A DNA stretch of 64,000 nt from Flavobacteriales bacterium (lineage in GTDB: Bacteria > Bacteroidota > Bacteroidia > Flavobacteriales_D > CAJJDF01): NCBI GenBank assembly GCA_965658995.1, contig CBFHVI010000007.1, positions 24,848-88,847 on the forward strand, in the 5' to 3' direction. This document shows, in pieces, positions 53,495 to 63,782 of this stretch (position 1 is the stretch's first letter; each line of letters begins with the position of its first letter). A program made the position numbers and the translations under genes. Under the pieces are notes generated by a model. That model did no database searches and was not told the origin of the DNA. It saw only the letters and a program-made list of their open reading frames with translations.

Positions 53495-55519
53495 ATGATA
53501 AAGAATTGCACTACAAAATTTATTTTGATTTTGTTTGCCTCGGTTTTGAGTTTTTCTACTCAGGCTCAAGGAATGAAAGAAAGATCTGCAGATAAGAAAT
53601 TTGATATGTTAGCTTACGCTAGTGCAGGAGAAATGTACTCTGAATTGGCAAAGAAAAGTGATGCCACAGACCACCAGATTAGAAGAGCTGCTGAATGTTT
53701 TAGACTAACGGGAAATTCAATAGAGTCTGAAAAGTGGTATGCCAAGTTGTCTAAGCATTCGGGTGTAAAGTCAGAAGACTTTTATCACTACGCACAAATG
53801 CTTAAAATGAACGAAAAGTATGAAGAATCAAATAAAATGATGGCGAAATTTGCTTCTATGAGCCCAAATAATTCAATTGCAAAGGCTCATACTGAGAACG
53901 CTAATTATGTAGCTGAACTAAAATCGATTCCGAACAAATATGACATTGCGATTTTTGGTGTGAATACAAAATTTTCTGATTTTGGACCGAACTACTATAC
54001 CGTAGACGGAGAATCAAGCATTGTGTTCGCATCTGCAAGAACTGGTAATACTTCAGTGTTGAATAATAAGTTCCAATGGGATGGTTCAAACTTCTTGGAT
54101 GCTTACCGAGCGAAAATTGGTGGAGAAGGTGAAAAAGTAGAGGTTGAAAGATTTGACAGAGGAATAAAATCAAAATACCATGAAGGTCCAGTTTCTTTTA
54201 GCAACAATGGTACAATCATGTACTTAACAAGAAGTAATTACCTGAATAGAAAAAAAGGATTGGATTCTGCAAAGCACAACAACCTTAAACTGTATATTTC
54301 CAGAAAAGATTCCAATGGTAAATGGGGTGAACTAACTGAGTTTCCTTACAACAGTGATAACTATTCTGTGGGTCACGCTACAGTAACTGCCGATGGTTCT
54401 ACGATTTATTTTGCTTCAGACATGCCTGGTTCAAAAGGTGAAACTGACATCTGGATGTCGAAACTGGAAGGGTCAACTTGGTCAAAGCCAATGAATGTAG
54501 AATCTGTAAATACTGAAGGAAAGGAAATGTTTCCATTCATCTCGGAAAACGGAAACCTTTATTTTTCTACAGATGGTTTAGTAGGTCTTGGTGGTCAAGA
54601 TGTGTACAAAGCTCAAGGAGATGGTTCGGGAGAATTTGCGGTGCCAGAAAATATGATGTATCCGTTGAACACAAATCATGATGATTTTGGATTGATTATA
54701 AATAAATCAGAAACAGAAGGGTACTTTTCTTCTAATAGAGATGGAATTTACGCGAAAGGTAATGACGATATATACAGATTCAAAACAACTGCCGCACCAG
54801 AATTTACTGAGGTAAAAGAAATTAAAAGGAATAAAGAATGTAAGCTAATCGGTACAATTCTTAATACTGAATCAGGAAATCCAATTGAAGGAGTATCTGT
54901 CAAGTTGAGAGACAAAAAGACTGGAGAAGTGGAGGAGTACATTACGGATGAAAATGGTTCGTTTGCCAACCTTATGGTAGGAAGACCTTGTCCTGGTTAT
55001 GAAATGAATTATGATGTAATTATCCAAAAGAAGGGATATTTGACAAAGTCGGTTCCGTTCAAAAAGACTTTTGACGATCCAGGAACAATTAACTTGAACG
55101 AATACATTAACACAAAAATTCAAGAAAATAAAGCAGGAGTAGAAATTACTGAGTTTTGTGAAATTGAAGATATCCTTTATGATTTTGATAAGTCTTATAT
55201 CAGACCAGATGCCGCAGTAGAATTGGATAAATTGGTTTCTTGTATGTTGGCGAATCCTTCAATGAAAATTGAGATTGGATCTCATACAGATTGTAGAGCG
55301 TCTGAAAGTTACAATGAGAAATTATCAGATAGAAGAGCGAAATCTGCAAGAGACTATGTAATTTCAAAAGGTATTGATGCCTCAAGAATTTATGGAAAAG
55401 GATACGGAGAAACAAAACTACTTAATGGTTGTTCTTGTGAACCGATAAACGAGTCAAACTGTTCTGAAGAGGATCACCAATTGAATAGAAGAACTGAGTT
55501 TAGAATTGTTTCGAGATGA
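53495..55519 (+). CDS. PorE-like OmpA-family protein (TPR + TolB-like beta-propeller + CarboxypepD_reg + OmpA_C)
   Basis: 674 aa. TPR-like N-terminus, propeller repeats (FASAR, MYLTRSN, IYFASDMPGSKGETDIW, LYFSTDGLVGLGGQDVY), GTILNTESGNPIEGVSVKL, then the OmpA motif LSDRRAKSARDYV...NRRTEF. Confidence 0.8.
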   Translation: MIKNCTTKFILILFASVLSFSTQAQGMKERSADKKFDMLAYASAGEMYSELAKKSDATDHQIRRAAECFRLTGNSIESEKWYAKLSKHSGVKSEDFYHYAQMLKMNEKYEESNKMMAKFASMSPNNSIAKAHTENANYVAELKSIPNKYDIAIFGVNTKFSDFGPNYYTVDGESSIVFASARTGNTSVLNNKFQWDGSNFLDAYRAKIGGEGEKVEVERFDRGIKSKYHEGPVSFSNNGTIMYLTRSNYLNRKKGLDSAKHNNLKLYISRKDSNGKWGELTEFPYNSDNYSVGHATVTADGSTIYFASDMPGSKGETDIWMSKLEGSTWSKPMNVESVNTEGKEMFPFISENGNLYFSTDGLVGLGGQDVYKAQGDGSGEFAVPENMMYPLNTNHDDFGLIINKSETEGYFSSNRDGIYAKGNDDIYRFKTTAAPEFTEVKEIKRNKECKLIGTILNTESGNPIEGVSVKLRDKKTGEVEEYITDENGSFANLMVGRPCPGYEMNYDVIIQKKGYLTKSVPFKKTFDDPGTINLNEYINTKIQENKAGVEITEFCEIEDILYDFDKSYIRPDAAVELDKLVSCMLANPSMKIEIGSHTDCRASESYNEKLSDRRAKSARDYVISKGIDASRIYGKGYGETKLLNGCSCEPINESNCSEEDHQLNRRTEFRIVSR

Positions 55520-55576
55520 AATAGTGTGAAAAACAACAGCACAAATAGTTTCTAACGGAAAGGTTAATTAATTTTA

Positions 55577-55609
55577 AGCCTTAGTAGTCACATCTACTAG
55601 GGCTTTTTT
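55577..55609 (+). terminator. Rho-independent terminator
   Basis: Stem agccttagtag / ctactagggct with one G-U pair, followed by a T6 run ending at the next ATG. Confidence 0.75.
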
Positions 55610-56278
55610 ATGGAGAATAATCTAGAAATATCGGTGAAGAGAACAAAAGATGGTTCTACCACACTCTTTTTACCTTCAATAAAGGAAACCTATCATTCTT
55701 CTCATGGAGCAATACAAGAAGCAAAACATGTCTTTATAAAGAACGGCCTTTGTGAAATTAAAAATACGGAAATTTCCATTTTGGAGGTTGGTTTTGGAAC
55801 GGGGTTAAATGCACTACTCTCAAGTTCCTATGCAAGTGAAAATAACACAACTATCCATTACACTGGTTTAGAGACTGTTCCTCTTCCACTTGAAGTAATT
55901 AATGAGTTGAACTACTTAGAACAAGAGCCCGCTCTATCTCAAGAAGATTTTAAGCTGCTCCATGAATCAAGCTGGGAAGAGGAAAATGCGATACATCCAT
56001 ACTTTTATCTTACCAAGGTAAACCAGAAGGTTCAGGAGTATTCAAACTCACAGAAGTTTGATGTAATTTTTTATGATGCATTTGGTCCTCGTGCACAAAA
56101 GGAAATGTGGAACAAAGAAATTTTTCAAAATTTGTACTCTCAATTGGAAGAAGGAGGGAGGCTCGTAACATATTGTGCCATGGGTCAATTCAAAAGAGAT
56201 TTAAAAGCAGTAGGTTTTGAGGTGAAGAATGTGCAGGGGCCTCCGGGAAAGAGAGAAATGACTATTGGGGTGAAATAG
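55610..56278 (+). CDS. mnmD: tRNA (mnm5s2U34) methyltransferase MnmD (DUF752/SAM-dependent)
   Basis: 222 aa. TYHSSHGAIQEAKHVFI, ILEVGFGTGLNALL and FYDAFGPRAQKEMW motifs. Confidence 0.8.
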   Translation: MENNLEISVKRTKDGSTTLFLPSIKETYHSSHGAIQEAKHVFIKNGLCEIKNTEISILEVGFGTGLNALLSSSYASENNTTIHYTGLETVPLPLEVINELNYLEQEPALSQEDFKLLHESSWEEENAIHPYFYLTKVNQKVQEYSNSQKFDVIFYDAFGPRAQKEMWNKEIFQNLYSQLEEGGRLVTYCAMGQFKRDLKAVGFEVKNVQGPPGKREMTIGVK

Positions 56279-56320
56279 ATATATGTAACATTTATTACTT
56301 TACTAGGAAGAAACAATTTA

Positions 56321-56328
56321 TACTTTTG
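56321..56328 (+). promoter_or_regulatory. -7 box TACTTTTG only 4 nt upstream of the ATG at 56333
   Basis: Exact TAnnTTTG match, but I found no clear -33 TTG. Confidence 0.3.
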
Positions 56329-56332
56329 AACT

Positions 56333-56713
56333 ATGTTTAAAAAAGGAAATAAATTATATAGTATACTGAAACGCAAATGTCCACATTGCCATGAGGGAGA
56401 TTTCTTTGTTTCCTCTCCCTATAATTTCAGACACATGGGAGCAGTAAAAGAAAAGTGTGAACACTGCGGTGAGGATTTTTCAAAAGAGCCAGGATTTTAC
56501 TATGGAGCTATGTATGTTTCTTATGCTTTGGGTGTAGCAGTGTTTGTGGCAGTATTTCTGCTAACTTATTTGTTTTATCCGAACCCGGGAGCTTTTGAAT
56601 ACATCATGTTAATTGGGATAATGATGGTGGTGTTAGGTCCCTATCTCTACTCACTTTCCAAGATAATTTGGGCGAATTTATTTATGTCTTATAAAAACAA
56701 AACCAATGATTAA
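56333..56713 (+). CDS. DUF983 domain-containing membrane protein
   Basis: 126 aa. N-terminal zinc-ribbon-like CPHCHEG...CEHCG followed by two hydrophobic helices. Confidence 0.75.
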   Translation: MFKKGNKLYSILKRKCPHCHEGDFFVSSPYNFRHMGAVKEKCEHCGEDFSKEPGFYYGAMYVSYALGVAVFVAVFLLTYLFYPNPGAFEYIMLIGIMMVVLGPYLYSLSKIIWANLFMSYKNKTND

Positions 56714-57134
56714 ACGAACTATAAAGGTATTATTCTTTGTGGCCATTGCTGGCGCATTGTCGTGTTCAAACCAAACTGAAGAGTCCAATTACAAACAAGG
56801 AATGGACCAAAAACAACGCATAGCCAAGGACGTATCGGTCCAAGAGTTTAGCCAATTAGCGACTGACGAAGTAATTGTTCTAGACGTAAGGCGTTCTGTC
56901 GAGTTCCAAGCGGGCCATCTGAAGTCTGCGGTGAATATAGATTATTTTTCACCAAATTTTGTCGACTTAGTAGAAGGATTAGACAAATCAAAGCCCTTGT
57001 TGATATACTGCGCTGCTGGAGGTAGGTCTTCTGGGGCAATGAAAAAATTATCGAACTCCGGATTTGTAGTAATGTACAATATGCTTGGAGGATTTGGAGC
57101 ATGGAAGAGTGCAGGATTAGACTATGAGAAATAA
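56706..57134 (+). CDS. Rhodanese-like domain lipoprotein
   Basis: Lipobox ALSCS. Rhodanese pattern VLDVRRSVEFQAGHLKSAVNID with the active-site loop YCAAGGRS. Confidence 0.8.
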   Translation: MIKRTIKVLFFVAIAGALSCSNQTEESNYKQGMDQKQRIAKDVSVQEFSQLATDEVIVLDVRRSVEFQAGHLKSAVNIDYFSPNFVDLVEGLDKSKPLLIYCAAGGRSSGAMKKLSNSGFVVMYNMLGGFGAWKSAGLDYEK

Positions 57135-57366
57135 ACAGATGAAGGGGAAAAATAGAGTAGTGTTAATGTTATTGCTTGCTTTTTTAGGAGTTTCTCCAAT
57201 AGGAGAGTCACATCTGTTTGGAAAAATAAAATGGATTGCAGGCGGGGCAGTTGGAATGAAACCGATGGATTGGTTTGATTTTATCATGCATGGTTCTGCG
57301 GCCTTGATTTCAGTGTTGATTTTGTTTTGGATGGCTTATTCTTTCTTACTCAAATCAAGATCTTAG
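57124..57366 (+). CDS. Hypothetical small membrane protein (80 aa)
   Basis: Two hydrophobic segments. An 11-nt overlap with the rhodanese gene suggests co-translation. No recognised family. Confidence 0.45.
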   Translation: MRNKQMKGKNRVVLMLLLAFLGVSPIGESHLFGKIKWIAGGAVGMKPMDWFDFIMHGSAALISVLILFWMAYSFLLKSRS

Positions 57367-57430
57367 TTTTACGTGTTCACAAAATGAAACTCTAGAGGGT
57401 ATAATGTCCTATTCAAGTTGATTTTTTCAG

Positions 57431-57438
57431 TATATTTG
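57431..57438 (+). promoter_or_regulatory. -7 promoter box TATATTTG
   Basis: Exact TAnnTTTG match 18 nt upstream of the ATG at 57456, with a TTG about 14 nt further upstream. Confidence 0.5.
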
Positions 57439-57455
57439 CAACTTATAAATAGGGT

Positions 57456-58580
57456 ATGAAGAACATCCAAATGGTTGACTTGATTGGTCAATACGAAAAA
57501 ATAAAGGAAGGAATTGATGAGGCAATACTCAACGTGGTAAAGTCTTCCCAATACATTAATGGTCCGGAGGTCAAAGAATTTCAGTCAGAACTGGAAGACT
57601 ATCTTGATGTGAATCAAGTAATTCCCTGTGCAAACGGTACTGATGCTTTACAGATAGCCATGATGGCTCTTGGACTTCAGCCTGGAGATGAAGTCATTAC
57701 TGCTAATTTTACTTATGTTGCTACGGTAGAGGTTATTGGTTTACTTAATTTAACCCCGGTTTTGGTGGAGGTAAATCCTACAACTTTTAATATAGATCCA
57801 GAATCTTTGGAAAAAGCGATCACTCCAAGGACAAAAGCCATTGTTCCGGTTCATTTGTATGGTCAATGTGCAAATATGGAAGAGGTTATGAACATTGCTG
57901 CTAAACATAATTTATTTGTAATAGAAGATACAGCACAAGCCATTGGGGCTGAATATAAATTTGCTGATGGAAGTGTAAAAAAAGCAGGAACAATTGGTCA
58001 TGTGGGAACTACTTCTTTCTTTCCTTCCAAAAATTTGGGCTGTTATGGTGATGGTGGAGCTATTTTTACAAACGATCTTGATCTCGGGAAGAAGATTAAG
58101 ATGATTGCAAATCATGGACAAAGCACACAGTATTACCACGATGAAATCGGTGTGAATTCCCGGCTTGATAGTATTCAGGCAGCTGTCTTGCGAAAGAAGT
58201 TGCCTCATTTGGATAGTTATATTGCAAACCGAAACAAAGCGGCTGAATACTACGACAAAGCATTTGAAAATGTTTCCTGGCTAACCATACCTTACAGAGA
58301 TCCAAAGTCAACACACGTATTTCACCAATATACTCTGAAGACCAAAGGAATAAACAGAGATGAACTACGTTCCTACTTATCCGAGAAAGGAATACCTGCA
58401 ATGGTCTACTACCCATTGCCTTTGCACAAACAAAAGGCTTACCAAGACTCAAGGTACGTCAAGGTAGATTTTACCAATACGGAAGCCCTAAATGCTTCCG
58501 TAATTTCGTTACCAATGCACACCGAATTGACTGAGGAAGAGCTTTTGTATATAACAGAAACAGTAAAAGAATTTAAATAA
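57456..58580 (+). CDS. DegT/DnrJ/EryC1/StrS-family sugar aminotransferase
   Basis: 374 aa. N-terminus MVDLIGQYEKIK...INGPEVKEFE and the PLP-lysine region SFFPSKNLG. Confidence 0.9.
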   Translation: MKNIQMVDLIGQYEKIKEGIDEAILNVVKSSQYINGPEVKEFQSELEDYLDVNQVIPCANGTDALQIAMMALGLQPGDEVITANFTYVATVEVIGLLNLTPVLVEVNPTTFNIDPESLEKAITPRTKAIVPVHLYGQCANMEEVMNIAAKHNLFVIEDTAQAIGAEYKFADGSVKKAGTIGHVGTTSFFPSKNLGCYGDGGAIFTNDLDLGKKIKMIANHGQSTQYYHDEIGVNSRLDSIQAAVLRKKLPHLDSYIANRNKAAEYYDKAFENVSWLTIPYRDPKSTHVFHQYTLKTKGINRDELRSYLSEKGIPAMVYYPLPLHKQKAYQDSRYVKVDFTNTEALNASVISLPMHTELTEEELLYITETVKEFK

Positions 58581-58585
58581 AAAAT

Positions 58586-59896
58586 ATGAAGAATATAGCA
58601 GTTATTGGAACTGGATATGTGGGCCTTGTCACAGGGACTTGTTTTGCCGAAACAGGTAATAATGTAGTTTGTGTAGATATCGATGCCAACAAAGTAGACA
58701 GAATGAAAAATGGAGAGGTTCCCATTTATGAGCCTCAACTAGATGTATTGTTTGAAAGAAATCAGAAACAAGGGAGACTGTCATTTTCTACTGACATCGA
58801 ATCATCGATAGAAAACGCAGAAATTATATTTTTAGCCTTACCAACTCCTCCAGGGGAAGATGGCTCGGCAGATTTGAGTTACATACTTGGGGTTGCCGAT
58901 CAGCTAGGAAAGATGATCAAGGATTACAAAGTAATTATTGACAAGAGTACTGTGCCAGTGGGAACTGCTGAAAAAGTAAAGGAAGCAATTGCAAAGAATA
59001 CTTCTGTAGGTTTCGATGTAGTTTCCAATCCTGAGTTTTTGAGAGAAGGTTTTGCCGTAAGTGATTTTTTGAAACCAGACAGAGTGGTTATTGGGACAGA
59101 ATCTGCTAAGGCGAGGAAAATATTGGAAGAACTCTACAAGCCTTTCGTTCGACAAGGAAATCCAATTTATTTTATGGATGAAAAATCCGCTGAGCTTACT
59201 AAATATGCGGCAAACTCATTTTTGGCTACAAAAATCACATTCATGAATGAAATTGCTAATTTTTGTGAAATAGTAGGAGCAGATGTTGATATGGTAAGAA
59301 AAGGAATTGGTTCAGATGCAAGAATTGGAAATAGATTTTTATTTCCTGGAATTGGATATGGAGGAAGTTGTTTCCCAAAAGATGTAAAAGCCCTTATTAA
59401 ATCAGGAAATGATAATGGATATACTTTCAAGATTATTAACTCCGTCATTGAAGTAAATGAGCGACAAAAAGTAATTATCGTTGATAAAGTAAAACAATAC
59501 TATGGAGGAGATCTAAAGGGTAAAAATATTGCCTTATGGGGATTGGCATTCAAACCAGATACTGACGACATAAGAGAAGCGCCTGCGTTGTACATTATTG
59601 ATGCACTTTTGGCAGAGGGATGTACCATCCAAGCTTTTGATCCAGAAGCGATGGAGAATGTGAAAGAAATTTATGGAACAAAGATTTCTTTTATGGAGAA
59701 TCAATACGAAGCTCTTCAAAACGCGGATTTCTTGATTATTGCCACAGAGTGGCAAGTATTTAGAACTCCAGACTTCAAAAGAATAAAAGAGACTCTTTCT
59801 GAACCTACTATCTTTGACGGAAGAAACTTGTACGATTTGGAAGAGATGAAAAAACATGGGTTTAGGTATCAAAGTATTGGAAGAGAAATAGTTTAA
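58586..59896 (+). CDS. ugd: UDP-glucose 6-dehydrogenase
   Basis: 436 aa. [18 protein letters not shown] (catalytic Cys) and [14 protein letters not shown]. Confidence 0.93.
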   Translation: MKNIAVIGTGYVGLVTGTCFAETGNNVVCVDIDANKVDRMKNGEVPIYEPQLDVLFERNQKQGRLSFSTDIESSIENAEIIFLALPTPPGEDGSADLSYILGVADQLGKMIKDYKVIIDKSTVPVGTAEKVKEAIAKNTSVGFDVVSNPEFLREGFAVSDFLKPDRVVIGTESAKARKILEELYKPFVRQGNPIYFMDEKSAELTKYAANSFLATKITFMNEIANFCEIVGADVDMVRKGIGSDARIGNRFLFPGIGYGGSCFPKDVKALIKSGNDNGYTFKIINSVIEVNERQKVIIVDKVKQYYGGDLKGKNIALWGLAFKPDTDDIREAPALYIIDALLAEGCTIQAFDPEAMENVKEIYGTKISFMENQYEALQNADFLIIATEWQVFRTPDFKRIKETLSEPTIFDGRNLYDLEEMKKHGFRYQSIGREIV

Positions 59897-59904
59897 AAGA
59901 AAGT

Positions 59905-60888
59905 ATGAAAAAAGTATTAATTACCGGAGCTGCTGGATTTTTAGGGTCTCATTTGTGTGATAGATTCATAAAAGATGGATACCACGTGATTGCGATGGAT
60001 AACCTAATTACGGGGCGACTAAAGAATATAGAACACCTATTTCCTTTAGAAAATTTTGAGTTTCACAATCACGACATTTCCAATTATGTTCATGTTTCGG
60101 GAAAACTAGATTATATTCTTCACTTCGCTTCCCCTGCAAGCCCTATAGATTATCTCAAGATACCAATCCAAACCCTGAAAGTGGGATCGCTTGGTACGCA
60201 TAATTTGTTGGGATTAGCAAAAGTAAAAAATGCCAGAATGCTAATTGCCAGCACCTCTGAAGTATATGGAGATCCAGAAGTTCATCCACAAAAAGAACAA
60301 TATTGGGGAAATGTGAACCCTATTGGACCAAGAGGCGTATACGATGAAGCAAAACGATTTCAGGAAGCTATTACGATGGCATATCACCGTTTTCATGGTG
60401 TTGAAACCAGGATTATTCGAATCTTCAATACTTATGGTCCGAGAATGAGGTTAAACGATGGAAGAGTTTTACCTGCGTTTATCGGGCAAGCATTGAGAGG
60501 AGAAGACCTAACCGTGTTTGGAGATGGTTCTCAAACGAGATCATTTTGTTACGTAGATGATTTGGTTGAAGGAATTTGTAGACTCCTCCAATCCGATTAT
60601 CCCGAACCTGTGAATATTGGAAATCCAGATGAAATTACTATTGGTGATTTTGCAGAAGAAATTATAAAGCTGACGGGAACAAGTCAAAAGGTGATTTATA
60701 AAGAATTGCCAGAGAATGACCCAAAGAAAAGACGTCCGGATATTACAAAAGCCAAAGAATTGCTCAACTGGGAACCTAAGGTGTCACGTCAGGAAGGATT
60801 GAAATTAACGTATGATTTTTTTAAGTCATTATCAAAAGAAGAGCTATCAGAAGTAGACCACTACAACTTTGATAAGTTCATAAAATAA
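59905..60888 (+). CDS. UDP-glucuronate decarboxylase (UDP-xylose synthase-like SDR)
   Basis: 327 aa. [28 protein letters not shown] and [10 protein letters not shown] are typical of UXS. Confidence 0.88.
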   Translation: MKKVLITGAAGFLGSHLCDRFIKDGYHVIAMDNLITGRLKNIEHLFPLENFEFHNHDISNYVHVSGKLDYILHFASPASPIDYLKIPIQTLKVGSLGTHNLLGLAKVKNARMLIASTSEVYGDPEVHPQKEQYWGNVNPIGPRGVYDEAKRFQEAITMAYHRFHGVETRIIRIFNTYGPRMRLNDGRVLPAFIGQALRGEDLTVFGDGSQTRSFCYVDDLVEGICRLLQSDYPEPVNIGNPDEITIGDFAEEIIKLTGTSQKVIYKELPENDPKKRRPDITKAKELLNWEPKVSRQEGLKLTYDFFKSLSKEELSEVDHYNFDKFIK

Positions 60889-60893
60889 TAACT

Positions 60894-63782
60894 ATGCAAC
60901 AAACAGTTAGAGTACTCATTGTATCCGCTTCTATTTTACTAGCTAGCTTTTCCTATTCTCAACAATTATATAAGGTAATGATGGAAGATCCTACCTATAA
61001 CTTTTATGAGGTGTGTAAAGAAGCTGACAAGTATTTTGATAGTCATGGAAAGGGTAAGGGCTCTGGCTACAAAGGCTACCAAAGATGGAGGAACGAAAAC
61101 GAAAGTAAATACGCTCCTTCAGGTGCTCGAAATAATGTGGACCCTAAATTTGTAGAAAAAGCATATCTACAATTCTTATCTTCTGCGACACCTGCCGGAG
61201 CTGCCAACAGATCGCTGTATGCCGGAGGGTGGAAAGATCTTGGACCCTACACTTTAGACAGTATTACTGGTCATTATTCTGCAGGATTAGGAAGGATAGA
61301 AACATTTTATGTAAACCCAAGGAACACTCAAATCATGTATGTAGGGTCGCGAAGTGGTGGTTTTTGGAAATCTACGAATGGAGGTGTTCTATGGACGGGT
61401 GGTTATACTGATTCTCTTAAGGCAAGTGGAGTAGAGTCGATTGGTGTTTCCCCCACAAATTCTGATTCAATTTTAATTGCTGTGCAGAATGGTGGAAATA
61501 ATTATTCTCACGGAATATACAGATCGATTGATGGAGGAAACACTTGGGAACTCACAAATTTTAACCCCACAACACTAGGGAAAGGAGGACTGGGAAGTAA
61601 CTTTAAAATTAATACAATTGCTTACCATCCTCGAATTGCAGATTTAATTCTGGTGGCAGCCAGTGATGGATTATACCGTTCTACGGATAACTTAGCCACT
61701 TGGACCAAGGTCACAAATGGTTCTATTTCTGAAATAGAATTTCATCCAACAGATGACAACATAATTTATATTTATGATTACTACTATTGGGGCTCTAACA
61801 AAGACAAAGTGCTCTATTCATTAAATCAAGGTGTTACATTCATAGGTTCCAATACATTAGCTGGAAATAGTGGTGCTTCTGGGAAAATATCAGTCAGCAA
61901 AGATTGTCCTGATTGTGTGTTTTTTGCCTCTTCTAATGGGATATGGACTTCCAAAAATAAAGGGGTAGATTTTACTTTTATGAGTAATCCTTCCGAATCG
62001 TGTGATGGTTTTGCGGTCAATGACCTAGATACATCCAAAATGATTTACGGATATTTAGATATTGTAAATTCTACTGATGGAGGACGAACTTCTAACCAAA
62101 TTACTTGGTGGAGTTTAGGAAGCTCAGCACATGGAATGGGAAATTACGAAGCAAATTTGAAGAATGGAGGAAAATACATTCATGCAGACTTACGAGTTGC
62201 TCAATGTATTAATGGAATATTTTATGTAGGAACAGACGGATTATTTGCCAAAAGTAACGATGATGGTTTAACATGGACCGTGTTGAGTGATGGATTGGGA
62301 ATCCGAGAAAACTATAGTTTAGGAGTTAGTCAATCCAATCATTATCGAACAATGAGTGGTTCGCAAGATAACGGAACAAGTATAAAACATAAAGATGCTT
62401 GGATTGAGTTTTATGGCGCAGATGGAATGGAAGCAATTATCCATCCATTGAACGATGATTACATGATGGGAAGTGTTCAGTTTGGTTCCCGTAGAAAAAC
62501 TACAGATGGAGGCCTTACTCAAAGTGGAGCTTCTCCTTCTGGGCAATCTGGCTCAGGAAATGGTGCTTGGGAAGCTCCTTTAGCTTTTGATCCAAATGAC
62601 CAAATGCGCGTGTATAATTTTGCAAAGGATATCTACGTGAGTGAAGAATTTGGTGGAAATTGGACGTATCGCGGAGATCCATTTGGGAATACAATAAGTG
62701 AAGCTGCCATAGCCGAGAATAATTCGGATATTATTGTTGTAGCGAGAGGAGCCGCTATCATGAAATCGACTAATGCTGGTGCAACTTTCTCTTCCATAAA
62801 GACAAACCTGCCTAATTATACCATAACCGATATTGCTTTTAATCCCAATGATGACGATAATATTTTTGTCACTTACAATAGATACCAAAATGATGGAAGT
62901 AAGATATTTATGACCATTAACGGAGGAGTTAACTGGACAAACATAACGTATAATTTAGGAAATATGCCTTTACGAAATGTGGTAGTAGACCATACCAAAC
63001 CTGGAAATATATACGTAGGTGCCGAAATTGGTGTGTATACAAAAACAATTTCTGATTCTGCTTGGACTTTATATACGCCAGGATTGCCAAATTCTACCAT
63101 TAAAGAATTAGAGGTAGTAAATGGTTCTAATACGTTGAGAGCGGCAATATGGGGAAGAGGGCTTTGGGAGTATTCATTGGTGGGAAGAGAGAATTACCCT
63201 GCAATAGTCAAGACTTGGATTGATGATATGCCAACGCTATCAGTTCCTCGAGAAGATATCGATCAGCATATTAATGCCCATGTTTCTAGTGATTTACCCA
63301 TACGTAGTGTTTATGCCATGTGGTCTGTAAATACCCCAAGCTTTGGAAACAGAATAGGGATGGTAAATACCACAGACAGTACTTATGTGTCAAGCACGCC
63401 TATTCCAAACTATCCGATGGGAACGAAAGTGTTTTTCAAAGTTTTTGCTGTAAATGCAAACAACGACACGAGTGAAACATATAAATTTCAATACACCGTA
63501 AGGTTTAATCCTCGAGCAAGTATTCATATCATTGAAAAAGAACAGTTTAAGGTAAAAGTATTCCCTAATCCAACGGAAGGTGCAGTTCGTATGGCTTTCG
63601 AAAAATCAGTAACTCAGGGAACGGTGGTGTTGTTTGATGAATTAGGAACGCAAATAATGACTCAATCAATTAATGGATTGACATCTCTGGATATAGATAT
63701 CACAGAATGTGCTACAGGTCTTTATTACTTGGTTGTGCAGGCAGATGGGAAAAGATCCGTAGAAAAAATTGTAAAGAAGTAA
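60894..63782 (+). CDS. T9SS cargo: BNR/Asp-box (sortilin/VPS10- or GH74-like) beta-propeller protein with a Por_Secre_tail C-terminal sorting domain
   Basis: 962 aa with a signal peptide. About 11 S/T-x-D/N-G-G-x-T/N-W-like repeats (STNGGVLWT, SIDGGNTWE, SNDDGLTWT, TINGGVNWT and others). The C-terminus VKVFPNPTEGAVRM...LYYLVVQADGKRSVEKIVKK is typical of the type A T9SS CTD. Confidence 0.8.
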   Translation: MQQTVRVLIVSASILLASFSYSQQLYKVMMEDPTYNFYEVCKEADKYFDSHGKGKGSGYKGYQRWRNENESKYAPSGARNNVDPKFVEKAYLQFLSSATPAGAANRSLYAGGWKDLGPYTLDSITGHYSAGLGRIETFYVNPRNTQIMYVGSRSGGFWKSTNGGVLWTGGYTDSLKASGVESIGVSPTNSDSILIAVQNGGNNYSHGIYRSIDGGNTWELTNFNPTTLGKGGLGSNFKINTIAYHPRIADLILVAASDGLYRSTDNLATWTKVTNGSISEIEFHPTDDNIIYIYDYYYWGSNKDKVLYSLNQGVTFIGSNTLAGNSGASGKISVSKDCPDCVFFASSNGIWTSKNKGVDFTFMSNPSESCDGFAVNDLDTSKMIYGYLDIVNSTDGGRTSNQITWWSLGSSAHGMGNYEANLKNGGKYIHADLRVAQCINGIFYVGTDGLFAKSNDDGLTWTVLSDGLGIRENYSLGVSQSNHYRTMSGSQDNGTSIKHKDAWIEFYGADGMEAIIHPLNDDYMMGSVQFGSRRKTTDGGLTQSGASPSGQSGSGNGAWEAPLAFDPNDQMRVYNFAKDIYVSEEFGGNWTYRGDPFGNTISEAAIAENNSDIIVVARGAAIMKSTNAGATFSSIKTNLPNYTITDIAFNPNDDDNIFVTYNRYQNDGSKIFMTINGGVNWTNITYNLGNMPLRNVVVDHTKPGNIYVGAEIGVYTKTISDSAWTLYTPGLPNSTIKELEVVNGSNTLRAAIWGRGLWEYSLVGRENYPAIVKTWIDDMPTLSVPREDIDQHINAHVSSDLPIRSVYAMWSVNTPSFGNRIGMVNTTDSTYVSSTPIPNYPMGTKVFFKVFAVNANNDTSETYKFQYTVRFNPRASIHIIEKEQFKVKVFPNPTEGAVRMAFEKSVTQGTVVLFDELGTQIMTQSINGLTSLDIDITECATGLYYLVVQADGKRSVEKIVKK

